A DNA stretch of 64,000 bases from the human T2T-CHM13v2.0 reference genome, Homo sapiens, in assembly GCF_009914755.1 (NCBI RefSeq), contig NC_060938.1; one strand, written 5' to 3'. This document shows positions 1-14,705 of this stretch, piece after piece (position 1 is the stretch's first letter; each line of letters starts with the position of its first letter). Below the pieces are notes generated by a model. The model had not been told where the DNA came from. It made no database searches and was given only the letters and a program-made list of their open reading frames with translations. The translations under genes and the position numbers were made by a program.

Positions 1-2360
1 GACTTTTGGGTAAAAAACAAAATTCTTTGAAATAAATAAAAACAGAGACACAACATACCAAAACCTCTGAGATGTAGCAAAAGTAGCATTAAGAGGAAAG
101 TTTATAGTACTAAACACCTACCTCAAAAAGTTAGAAAGATCTCAAATTAACAATCTCACTTCACACCTAGAGGAGCTGGAAAAACAAGAACTAAACCCAA
201 AGCCAGCAGAGAAAAAGAAATAACTGAAATCAGAACGGAACTGAATGAAATTGAGACCCAAATATCCATACAAAGAACCAACGGAATGAAAAGTTGGTTT
301 TTTGAAAGGATACACAAGATCGGTAGACCACTAACTAGATTAACAAAGGGGAAAAAAATAGAAGATGCAAATAAGCACAATTGGAAAGGACAAAGGTGAC
401 ATTACAGCCATTCTCACAGAAATACAGAAGATCTTCAGAGAGTATTACAAACACCTCTATGCATACAAATCAGAAAATCTAGAAGCAAATGAATAAATTC
501 TTGAAAATACAAAATCTCCCAAGATTTAATCAGGAATAAATTGAAACCCTGAACAGAACCATATCGAGTTCCAAAACTGAATCAGTAATGAAAAATCTAC
601 CAACCAAAATAGCCCTGGACCAGATGGATTCACAGGCAAATTCTACCAGATGTACAAGGAAGAGCTGGTACCAGTTCTACTAAAACTACTCTGAAAAATC
701 AAGGAGGAGTAACTCCTTCCTAATGCATTCTACAAAGCCAGCATAGCATCATTCTAATACCAAAACCTAGCAAAGACACAACAAAAAACATAACTGCAAG
801 TCAATATCTCTGAGAAACACACAGGCAAAAATCCTCAAAAAAAAAAAAAAAGCAAACTGAATCCAGGAGCACACCAAAAAGTTAACTCACCAAGAAAAAG
901 AAAGCTTCATTCCTAGGATACAAGGTTCGTTCAACATATGTAAATCAGTAAATGTTATTCACCACATAAACAAAATTTTAAAAAAATACGATCATCTCAA
1001 TAAATGTGGAAAATACTTTTGATGTAATCCAATATCGCTTCATGATAAAAAACCCTCAACAAACTAGGCATCGAAGGAACATACCTCAAAATAGTAAGAA
1101 CCATTTATGCCAAACTCACAGTCAACATCGTGCAGAATGGGCAAAAATTGGCAGCATTCCCTTTGAGAACTGGAACAATACAAGGATGCCCACTCTCACC
1201 ACTCCTATTCAACATAGTAATAGAAGTTCTAGCCAAAGCAGTCAGGCAAGAGAAGGAAAGAAAAACCAACCAATTACCAAAAGAGAAAGTCAAACTATGT
1301 CTCTTCACTGAGGATTTGATTCTATCCCTAGAAAACTCTAAAGACTTGGCAAAAGGCTACTGGGACTGATAAACCACTTGAGTAAAGTTTTGGGACACAA
1401 AACCAATGTGCAAAAATAAGTGGCATTTCTATAATGCAACAATATTCAAGCTGAGAGCCAAATCAAGAACCTAATCCCATTTACAACAGCCATGAAAAAA
1501 AAATACCTTGAAATAAATCTAACCGAAGAAGTAAAATATTTCCACAAGGAGAACCACAAAACACTGCTGAAATAAATTACAGATGACACAAAGGAATGGA
1601 AAAACATTCCATGCTCATGAATTGAAAGAATCAATATCATTAAAATGGCCATACTGCCCAAATCAATCTACAGATTCAACGTTATTCCTCTATCAAGCTA
1701 CCAGTGTCACTTGTTCACATAACTAAAAAAATTAAATATAAAAAAAATTCTAAAACGCATATGGAACCAAAGCGAAGCCCAAACAGCAAAAATAATCCTA
1801 AGCAAAAAGAACAAAGCTGGAGATAGCACATCACCCTATGTCAAACTATACTATAAGGCTGCAGTAACCAAAATAGCATGACACTGGTACAAAACCAGAC
1901 ACATGGAACAATAGAACAGAATAGAAAACCCAGAAATAAAACTGCACTCCTAGCACTATCTAATCTTCAACAAAGTCAACAAAAATTATTAATAGGGAAG
2001 AACCCCTATTCAATAAATGATGCTGGAACAGCTAGCTAGGCCATAGGCAGAATAATTAACTTGGACTCCTACGTAACATTATATACAAAAATTACCTCAA
2101 GATGTATTGAATATTAAAGCATAAAACCTTAAACTATGAGAATCCTAGAAGAAAACCTAGGAAACACCATTATGAACATCAACCTTGGGAAGGAATTTAT
2201 TAGAAGCCCTCAAAAGAAATTGCAACAAAAACAAAATTGATTGGGGACTAAATGAATTAACTTTTGTGCAGCAAAAAGCTATCAACAGATTAAACAGACA
2301 ATCTATAGAATGGGAGAAGATATTTGCAAACTATGCATCCGACAAAAGTATAATATTCAA
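1..2360 (+). mobile_element. LINE-1 ORF2 fragment (old primate L1PA16-like), degenerate
   Basis: ORF 1130-1369 has RT motif [15 protein letters not shown] and catalytic FADD decayed to FTED; many frameshifts and stops. Confidence 0.93.
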
Positions 2361-3385
2361 ACAGCAGACCCCTCAGCAGAAACCCCACAAGCAAAAAGAG
2401 ACTGGGGGCCAATATTCAACATTCTTAAAGAAAGTAATTTCCAATCCAAAATTTCATATCCAGCCAAACTAAGCTTCATAAGGAGAAATAAAATCATTTT
2501 TAGACAAGCAAATGCTGGGGGAATTTGTCACCACTGGCCTGCCTTGCAAGAGCTCCTGAAGGAAGCACTAAATATGGAAAGGAAAAACCATTACCAGTCA
2601 CTACAAAAACATACTGAAGTACACAGACCAATGACACTATGAAGCAACTACACCAACAAGTCTGTAAAATAACCAGTTAGCATCATGATGATAGAATCAA
2701 ATTCACATATAACAATATTAACCTTAAACGTAAATGGGCTAAATGCTCCAATTAAAAGACACAGAATTGCAAGCTGGATAAAGAGTTAAGACCCATTGGT
2801 GTGCTCTATTCAAGAGACCCATCTCATATGCAAAGACACACCTATGCCCAAAATTTAAAAACAAAGGAAAATCTACCAAGCAAATGGAAAACAGAAAAAA
2901 GCAAATGTTGCAATCCTAGTTTCTGACAAAACAACCAACAAAGATTCTTGTTTAAACCAACAAAGATTTAAAAAGACAAAGAAGGATATTATATAATGGT
3001 AAAGGGTTCAATTCAACAAAAAGATCTAACTAACCTAAATATATCTGCACCCAATGCAGGAGCACCCAGATTCATAAAACAAGTACTTAGAGACCTCCAA
3101 CGAAACTTAGACTCCAACACAATAATAGTGGGAGATTTTAACACCCCACTGTCAATATTAGACAGATCATCAAGATAGAATTAACAAAGATATTCAGGAG
3201 TTGAACACAGCTATGGATCAAAGGGACCTGATTCTCCACCCAAAAACAAGAGAATAAAAGTTCTTCTCAGTACCACATGGTACTTACTCTAAAATCAATC
3301 ACATAATTGGAAGTAAAGCACTCCTCAGCAAATGCAAAAGAACTGAAATCATAACAAACACTCTCTCAGACCACAGCACAATCAA
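2361..3385 (+). mobile_element. LINE-1 ORF1 C-terminus, inter-ORF and ORF2 endonuclease fragment (out of order)
   Basis: ADPSAETPQAKRDWGPIFNILKESNFQSKISYPAKLSF (ORF1); MVKGSIQQKDLTNLNISAPNAGAPRFIKQVL..IIVGDFNTPLS (EN domain). Confidence 0.92.
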
Positions 3386-3890
3386 CAAATGGTTCTACCA
3401 AGAAGATTTATATGCTCATATGTTCATCACAGGACAATTCACAATAGCAATGACATTGAATCAACCTAGGAGCCTATCAATAGTGGACTGGATAAAGAAA
3501 ACGAGGTACATACATCCCATGGAATACTATGCAGCCATAAAGAACGAATAATGAAATCATGCCCTTTGAAGCAACATGGAAGCAGCTAAAGGCCATTATC
3601 CTAAGCATATTAGTGCAGTAACAGAAAACCAAATACCTCATATTCCCACTTGTAAGTGGGAGCTAAACAATTGTTATTCATGGACATAAAGATGGTAGCA
3701 ATAGACACTGGAGACTACTCAAGGAGAAAGGAAGGGGAGAAGGGTTGAAAACCTTACTTTTGGGTAGTATGCTCACTACTTTGGTTACAAGATCTATCAT
3801 ATCCCAAACGTCAGCATCATGCAATATAGCCATGCAATAAAAGGGCATATGTAACCCTGAATCTAAAATAAAATTTAAAAGAAAAAATAA
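3386..3890 (+). mobile_element. LINE-1 3' end (L1PA16/17-like) with A-rich tail
   Basis: gaatactatgcagccataaa, 3'UTR gggttgaaaa...tatgctcactac, then tctaaaataaa and A-rich tail. Confidence 0.88.
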
Positions 3891-5174
3891 CCAGTCAGAA
3901 GTCGAAAAGGTAATACTGAACTCTCCCTCAAAATGAGATCGCACTCATGCACGAAAATAAACAACTGACTACTGAATGCCTAATCTTACCTGATAAAACA
4001 TCTTACTCTTTAAAAACATAAAAACGTATTAGATTTTTTCCAGGTGCCAAAAATAAAATATATAGTCTGGGAATTAATAACAATTTTTATCCCTCCATTA
4101 AAAGCATTAAGTCATTTATTTACTTCTTCTCCTTTATTCTGATAGTTGCTTCATGTTAATCTGGCTTGACTTTTAACAGAACAAGTTTCCATCTGATTAT
4201 CTAAGTCTAAATCTCCCTTAGCTCTTTTAGAAGATACATCCTTGCTATGGTCCCAATTTAATATCATTATGCAATATCTATCCTCTACCAAACTGCCTGA
4301 GTCTCTAAACTCTATGTAGGATAGAAAAAAATTAAATATTTTATTAATTTTATTTAAAATAGCAACAAAAAATGTTCCCAGATGATAGTAACTCCTTAGT
4401 CAGGTCTCAAAAATTTCTTCCAACAATTATGCTGACTGGTTTTTGTAGTCTGGTCCAGAATCCATACCAACCTTAACGCTCTGCTCCCTGCTGCATTGTC
4501 TTCATTTTGGAAACAGCCTTGCCAACAAGTATAAAGAATGTATAAATTCAGTTATTCACTAGCCTATTCCGTGTCCATGTAACAAACAAAAATACATGAA
4601 ATGAACATTCTTTATTCTGACTTATTAAATAGCATCAAGTTTAGCAAGAAGCTCATTGCAATAGTTCCCAAACCTAGATAACTAATGTTATACTAAAACA
4701 AATTTTCATGTTTGTTGCATAATTTTCCCCAATTGTTTTAACAGATTAAGGCATCACCTAAAAATCTCCTGGAAACCCACATTCACTTTGCTGTGAGTTG
4801 ATGCCAGCTGTTTCAAAACATGGGTCAAAGTTAATTTAGAAATAATAACAATGTTACCATTCTGTCTCTATTTACAGAAAAATAAGTGAGAGGAATCTTT
4901 GCTTGCCTCATAGCGCATTTGAATAAATAAATCAGAGAACATTAGTAAATTTATTAGAACTATCTGAAAAGTGTTACTTTGTTATAATTTCACCTATACA
5001 TTCCCTTACCATCAAGTCTGAATTACACCAAATCCTTTTGGGGGCAGACATTAAATTGGGTACAAGAAAAGAAACCAAGACATAAAGATGAGGGAATCAA
5101 ATAGTTAAGTTTTTCTAAGCAAACCTAATTATCCCAAATCTGCATCAGGAAACTCTTACATTACCTCACGATAC

Positions 5175-5500
5175 AATATGCACTGGAGATACAATGATGG
5201 ATAAGAAATGTATCTTTACGGCTAGGCGCAGTGGCACCCAGCACTTTGAGAGGCCGAGGTGGGTGGATCACTTGAGATCAGGAATTCAAGACCAGCCTGG
5301 CCAACATGGTGAATGAAACCCTGTATCTACTAAAAATACAAAAAAAAATTAGCAGGGAGGCAGAGGTTGCAGGGAGCTGAGAGTGACCCACTGAACTGCA
5401 GCCTGCATGACACAGCGAGACTCCGTCTCAAAAAAAAAAAAAAAAAAAAAGAGAAATGCATCTTTATCCTCAAGGAGCTTATAGTCTAAATAGGAGGAGA
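5175..5500 (-). mobile_element. L2 3' fragment interrupted by an Alu
   Basis: cactggagatacaatgatg...tcctcaaggagcttatagtcta, typical antisense L2 end. Confidence 0.55.
5220..5450 (+). mobile_element. AluS with two internal deletions
   Basis: Alu head, A-rich linker, shortened right arm, poly(A); TSD aagaaatgtatcttta/gagaaatgcatcttta. Confidence 0.92.
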
Positions 5501-6247
5501 TCAAGCTACATCAAGCTAAAATTGGAAGGAACTGTTAGAAGGAATTGAGAACGTGAACCTAAAGAGACCATAAATAGGAAACAAAAGAAGCTGGAGACAA
5601 AGAGAGCAAGAACAGTGGCAGGAATTCTAGGTTACCAGAACTACTAGCATTAATATTTTCAAATTAAATTCCACTCAGCTATACAGAAGATACAACTGTA
5701 TTTAAATAATAAAATTGCTTGAAAATATGCTGAATATGTTAGACTCAAAATATACACATTAAAAAGACATTAGGTTTTGAAGAGTTTAAACAATACTGTT
5801 GTACTCTGTGTGTGTGTGTATGTGTATACATATATACATAGACGCACATGTATATTTACAAAATTTGTATATAACAGGCTTATTACATTAGAGGCCAGGG
5901 AAGTTCTTTTTTAATGGATATTACATTAAAATATTTCAAAATAAAATGTATTAATTTATACATCCATGAATTAAAACATATATAATTATACAGTTAATAG
6001 ATTATCGATTAATTTTAATGATTCACAAACTAGTATCTCTTATGGAAACAATATAATAACTTGAGAAAAGGACAATAGAGGGAAAACTACCAAAGTAAAT
6101 AAGTAGATCTGTGAGTCCCTGCAATACTGGATATAAGGCATGGCAATCTTGAAAATATCAACCATCCATCCTGTTCTAACCCCTTCCACTTGCTATTGTG
6201 TTAGGAATGTGGTCTTGTTACTAAGTTGTTCCAAGCTTAGTTACTCA

Positions 6248-6566
<319 letters not shown>

Positions 6567-9066
6567 GACAGTTTGATACTAACTAGCTAGGAATTTGATG
6601 TTAAGTGTAATAGCTTAGAGTTCTCACAATGATAGGTGCTGGCGTGGATAAATTGTCACAAACACACTTATCCAGGATATTTAAAGAGAAATATAACAAC
6701 AACAACAAAATCTACATCATGCCATACAGCTGTGTGACAAGAAAATATATTTCTTTTCATATGTATGAAATTTCAAAATAGTGTATAAAGACTCACTTCA
6801 AATTTGCTAACAATGAATCCAACTAACTATTTCATATTTAATACTCATTAAACAACTACTACTTAGTGGCTTCCCCACTCCCCTTACTGAATGACATCTC
6901 TTCAGCAAGAATCAACTTTGGAACTCAAAATCATTTCATTATATATGAAAAATCCTAAATATGATGATTTAATAGCTTAGAAAGGTTTTTTCTTCATTAA
7001 AAATAAATACCCAATGTTAAAAATATAAATTTAGTTTAAATATTTGCCACATAAGTTAAAAACACATCAAAAAACACAAACATACTCTTAATAATATCTC
7101 TGATAAAATGACAATATTGTAATGTTTTTCCTATTCCTCCATCACAACACAAATCTACCCTAAAAGGTATTAAATAACCTTACAAATTTTTGTATAGTCA
7201 ATTAGCACATGCATTGTAACCTATAAATACTTGAAGTAGAATCACATTTTGAAACCAGTATGTTAATTTTATGCTAAAATCCACAGACCAATAAATATAG
7301 TTATAAATCATTCTTATGTTCCTGGCCTTTCCAATACATTACAAATAACTTTATTTTCTTTTTCTAAATGTAGCAAAATTTACTTTAAAATTACTACAAA
7401 CTGACAAAAACAAATGATATTAATCAGAAGTCAATTATCCTTTTAGCGAGAATAATGATGTGGTGATGGGGGGATGGTATCTGGAAAGAAGAGAATGGGT
7501 AATCCCAAATTTCAGTTACACCACAATCTTCTCCCCACTATTGGGGTTAGACTTTCAGGGGAGGATTAATCTCTGAAGTGAGAGAGAGACCTAGGACTAT
7601 CACCTTACCAGCAGGTCTCAGCAACTAGTCAACAGTTGATTGGGGCTGACTGTTAGGCAGGGAGAGAAAGAAAGAAAGAAAAGAAAACTGGCTTCTTCTC
7701 TCACAAGCAATCTAGACTTTCCTAGATTTATAAAATTTCAGCTTTAAAAATATCCAAGCAAAGAAGAATGAAAAGTAACTTATTTACTAAATTTTCATGA
7801 ATAAAGGGCCAATGGACTAACTGCACACCTCTAGAGTTGAACCAAATGAAATTGCAGATTTTGGAGATCAAACAATTCAACCTAAGTTACAAGAAGCTTA
7901 AAAATTAGAAGATGATAATTAAAACTAAATAAGTTTTTAAGTATCTTATATTTATTACTGAGATATATTAAAATTGTAAAGTGTTCCACACCTACAAATA
8001 TTTAATAAAATTTTGTAACCATCTTGAATCAGGGAATATCATCCAAAATTACAAAGATATTTTGATAGGATGAAAAGCAAAGAAAATATGCAACACAAAT
8101 CAAGTAAGTAGGACACTCCCCTCTTGCACACGGACAGGCTGGATGCAAGGGGCACTCCCAAAAATTGTTATACCTGATTACCCAGTTAGATGGATTTTGG
8201 GGCAGAAGGTAGAAATTGAGTTTGAGGATTTGACAGTTTGCTGAAACAGAAAAATTGTGACTAGTTGTCAGGAAAGGTCAGCATCCAAATCCAGCCAGAA
8301 AGATGGATCAGCATATTGTTAAACTGAAAAGAATAATAAAATATTTATAAGAGTTGGTGGAGTGAGCAAAGCAGTAAATGCAGAAGTTTAGTTGGGTAAA
8401 ACATTTTGCAAGAGTTATATAAAGATCATGGCTCTAAATCATATCCAGAAATCAACTTCCATTGGTCATCTCTATATTAGCTTACCTAAAAATTAAATTA
8501 ACATGCTGAGTTCAATTATTGAATGGAATGGCTATCATGTTAGATGACATCAAAGGAAGGATGTATACTGTGAATGTTAAAAATACAAGCAGATACAATT
8601 AGCATGAAAACTGGAAGTAACAGCAGATTTAGAAGAAGAGCCAAGTGGTGTGGTAAACATTGAATGTGGGGAACAGGTAAAATTAAAAACATGCATGGAA
8701 TGTCCTCCATTATATCTCCTTAGTCAGTGGCATTAATTATTCTTGACTATTTTAAGCAGATTGCAATCTCAGCCAACAACAAATTTTATTCAATAAATAT
8801 TTAATTTTACTGTTGGGGGCCTTAGGTTTCTAATTATAAAAAGATAGAGTTGGAATAGATCATCTCTAAGAATCCTGCTACATTTACAACATGATTCTTC
8901 ACAGCAAGACTCCACAGTTTTCTCCAGACCAGCTCACTCTGCACTGGTTTTCCTTTAGATAGAGAAAGTTTGTTCATGTGGTGCTGTAGAATTCCCCTGA
9001 ATCTGTTTTACACAAAGGTTTTGCATCTGTCTCCAGTTAGGGAACATTATATCCCCCGGTCTAAGT

Positions 9067-9235
9067 CAGTGCTTCTCATACTTTAACGTGCATTTAATTC
9101 CACTTAGAAATCTTGTTAAAATGTAGATTCTAATTCAGGAAATCTGAGATGAGACCTGAGAGTCTACATTTCTAAAAAGCTCTCAAGTGACGCAAATGCT
9201 ACTGGCCCATGGACCACACTTTCGAGTAGCAAAGG
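9067..9235. mobile_element. MER5A1-like hAT-Charlie DNA transposon
   Basis: cagtgcttctca...cttgttaaaatgtagattct...gaccacactttcgagtagcaa. Confidence 0.8.
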
Positions 9236-10189
9236 TCAAAGATATGCTGGAAGTATCAGTGGCTTTGAAAAAAGCAGCATCAGTCTACACAAGCTTTCCT
9301 AAAGCCTACAGACCAATACCTTGACTCACATTATAGACAATATCTAGAGGATATTTATCAGTTTCAACCTGTTTTCAAGTCCCCTGTAAAAAGGTATGAT
9401 TTCCTTTCTACTGCTAGTATTTCAATTTATGGCCATAATTTCATGTATCTCCTGGAAAGAAAACGACATCTACATGTTATTTGTGCAGTAGTTCTGAGAG
9501 AACAAAGGTTGTAAACAGGTATGTTCTATTTCAGAAGTGATTGTATTGTATTTGGGATTCACAAAAAATTGACTTTATTCTTTAATGAGACATAGAGTGA
9601 TCTTTCAAATCTCAATCAAAATCTAATTTTTCCTATATTAAACTTAATTTGAAAATTAAAAATAAACTGCCATAACTATTTGCTTGAAAAAATAAGTCAT
9701 CAAATATCTTAAAGATATTTTGTGAAGCAAGAATTAGAGGCCATACTTCTTTATTTTAAAAAAGAGAACAAAGAAGTTTCCAATACTAAGTTATCTAAAA
9801 ATAAAAAAGTATCATAAAGAGGCAGTTCCCTATATATGGATATGTTTAAGTGTATCTATAAGTCAGTTGTTTGAAATTCAGAATACAATTTCCCAGTTAA
9901 TAATGACGTTGTCTCTTAGCTAGATCACCATGAATAATCAAACTTATAATTTGGTTGAAACTTAGGTTTGCCTTGTCAAAACAGATACACATCTGAAAAA
10001 CTCACCAGTAATTTAAAAGAAAAATACTGCAATTGAATAAGAAACCATTTTCAATTTATCTTGGATGTTAATCCTTCAAAAAGGATGTTTACAATGAGGA
10101 TGAGTGGGGATAGAGAAGAAAGTTCCATGTTTTCCGTCAAAAGTGTTTTAGGTTCTTCCTGATACATGACATCAGTTTAAAACTTCATC

Positions 10190-11069
10190 CAAATTTACAA
10201 GAAAAAAACAAACCCATCAAAAAATGGGTGAAGGATATGAACAGACACTTCTCAAAACAAGACATTTATGTGGCCAACAAACATATGAAAAAAAGCTCAT
10301 CAACACTGGCCATTAGAGAAATGCAAATCAAAACCACAGTGAGATACCATTTCACATCAGTTAGAATGGCAATTACTAAAAAGTCAGGAAACAACAGATG
10401 CTGGAGAGGATGTGGAGAAATTTTTACGCCGTTGGTGGGAGTGTAAATTAGTTCAACCTTTGTGGAGGACAGTGTGGCAACTCCTCAAGGATCTAGAACC
10501 AGGAATACAATTTGACCCACAAATCCCATTATTGGGTATATACCCAAAGGATTATAAATCATTCTACTATAAAGACACATGAACATATATGTTTACTGCA
10601 GCACTATTTACAATAGCAAAGACCTGGAACCAACCCAAATGCCCATCAACGATAGACTGGATAAATAAAATGTGGCACATATACACCATGGAATATATGC
10701 AGCCATAAAAAAGAATGAGTTCATGTCCTTTTCAGGGACATGGATGGAGCTGGAAGCCATCATTCTCAGCAAACTAACACAGGAACAGAAAACTAAACAC
10801 TGCATGTTCTCACTCATAAGTGGGAGTTGAACAATGAGAACACATGGACTCAGGGAGGGGAACATCACACACTGGGGCCTGTCAGGGGGTAGGGGGCAAG
10901 GGGAAGGGGAGCATTATCATAAATACCTAATGCATGTGGGGCTTCAAACCTAAATGATGGGTTGATAGGTACAGCAAACCATCATGGCACACGTATACCT
11001 ATGTAACAAACCTGCAGGTTCTGCACATGTATCCCAGAACTCAAAGTAAAATTAAAAAAAAAAAAAAAA
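10190..11069 (+). mobile_element. 5'-truncated L1PA (L1PA8-like) 3' end
   Basis: ORF2 C-terminus [22 protein letters not shown]...[10 protein letters not shown], 3'UTR and poly(A). Confidence 0.93.
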
Positions 11070-11439
11070 CTTGTTTTCCTTAAAACAAGAGATTTAGGTT
11101 CCATGATTTCTGCACATTAACCATAAATAAGAATAGTTTGTTGCTTAAATTATTAAGGTGATCTTATTAGTAATAGCTTATGAATGAGAAGGAAAGAAAA
11201 GAAACTACAGTGGAGATGTTTCCAAGGGAAAAACCTGGAATAGAAAAGAAAAAATAAATTTTTTGCAGGGATTGCATTTGTGCCTATGAAAAAGAAGTTG
11301 CCCATCATGGGAAAATGTGGAACGAAAGAAATAGAAAAGAAAAGAAAAAAAAAAAACTTTGTTCCATAAAGGAGAAGATATGTTTTGGGAAACATCTGCT
11401 CAGAAATTTCTCCATTTGTCTAGAGAGAGTGGTTGGAAA

Positions 11440-13170
<1,731 letters not shown>

Positions 13171-14559
13171 GAAATCCTGTTAGTAGACGGTGTACATCAT
13201 CTGGATTCAACCTACAGCCTTACTCCTTGATATTAGCAGTTTCTTTGAACTTAAGTCATATCAAACTATTAAATGTTAGCAACTGAAATTTAAGAAATTA
13301 AAAAAAAAGTTTTCTAAACATTAAAACTAAAGACTTTATAAATCAATTTGGCCTCTCAGAGATATAAAATTTCCTTCTCTGATTTTAGCTTTAATAGAAA
13401 ACATCTTATCCATGAATTAAAACTATAATGGTTGTTCTCCTTACACAATAAAAAGAATTTACAGGTTCTAAAGGGCAGGTAATGGATTTTCTATTTTCAT
13501 GCCATGATTATGTATCCCAAAATATATCTAACAGTCATTCAATTGAGCACCTCAAACATATCTTTAGAAATATCTGAAATTGGGAATTCTTAATAAAATA
13601 CTGTTGCCTGCTTTTCATTATTTAAAATCATTATTATTGAAATCACATTTGAGAAACCTCACAATTGATTTTATTCTTAAAATAAGAAGGCATAGCAATT
13701 TCTTTATTGTCTATATGTACATTTTGTTTTTAATAACTCAGGCTAATTTAAAAAATGCTGAATAGAAAACAGGCTAACAATTTTAAATAGAAAAATAGAA
13801 GATGTTACACTGTAACATCTGTTCCATCTGCTTACCTCAAAATGTGAAGATATGTTAAATCAGATTTTGTATGTCCTTTGTTTTATCTTATTAAACCAGA
13901 AGTTTAGGAAAGATTACAAGAAAATTCACTGAACAATGGGTTGATAAGCCAAATGCTGAAAACCAGATACACTTCAACATTTTGGGAGCTATCATTATGG
14001 CACTGAGCATAAATATATATATGTGTGTATATGCACACATATATATAGATACATATATAAACCAGCTTATAAGAAATCTGGGCCCTAAAAATTCTTTCAG
14101 AAATTTTTCTTTGACTCTTTTATCCTAGCTTGGCAATATAAATATAAAATATAGACCTTAAAGTTAATGATACTCCATCTTTGAACTGTGACTTTGTATT
14201 ATATTAAATTTATCATCAAATTTCTATTAAATTCTTAAAAATGTTTTAGGAATCATTATTTTTTGCTATTTTAAAAATACTTTATTTCAGTTATTTTATT
14301 TTACATTGTTGGACTGGACATAGTACCTACCTCTGAGAGTTAGTGAGAGTAGTTTCTTCTTTCATCTTTTAAACATTGAACACAGTGTACTACTCCTAGT
14401 AGGAATTAGACAGATCCACATTTAAGAAACTATTTACCTAACTATCTAAATATCACCAAGTAGAATCCCTAAACAAATAATATCAAAAAATACATTGTAC
14501 GTTCCCAAATAGGGAAGATGCCTACCATTTCCCAAGCCCTATGAAGAACATGTGAAATT

Positions 14560-14705
14560 CTTTAAATTAGTACTGATCATAATAACCCTCAGAGGTAGGT
14601 ACTATGTCCATTTTAGAAATGTTTAAGAAACAAACTTAAAGAAGTTAACTTAACCTATAGTATGCAGCAGAACCAATTATCAACCTCAACTACTGAACTC
14701 AAAAG
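14560..14705 (-). mobile_element. MIR fragment
   Basis: aataaccctcagaggtaggtactatgtccattttagaaatg...gaagttaac, MIR core. Confidence 0.55.

Noticed and set aside
3984-4010. Second recursive-like motif tgttttatcag|gtaaga
   Set aside because: Short pyrimidine tract with competing AG dinucleotides just upstream, so a poor 3' splice site.
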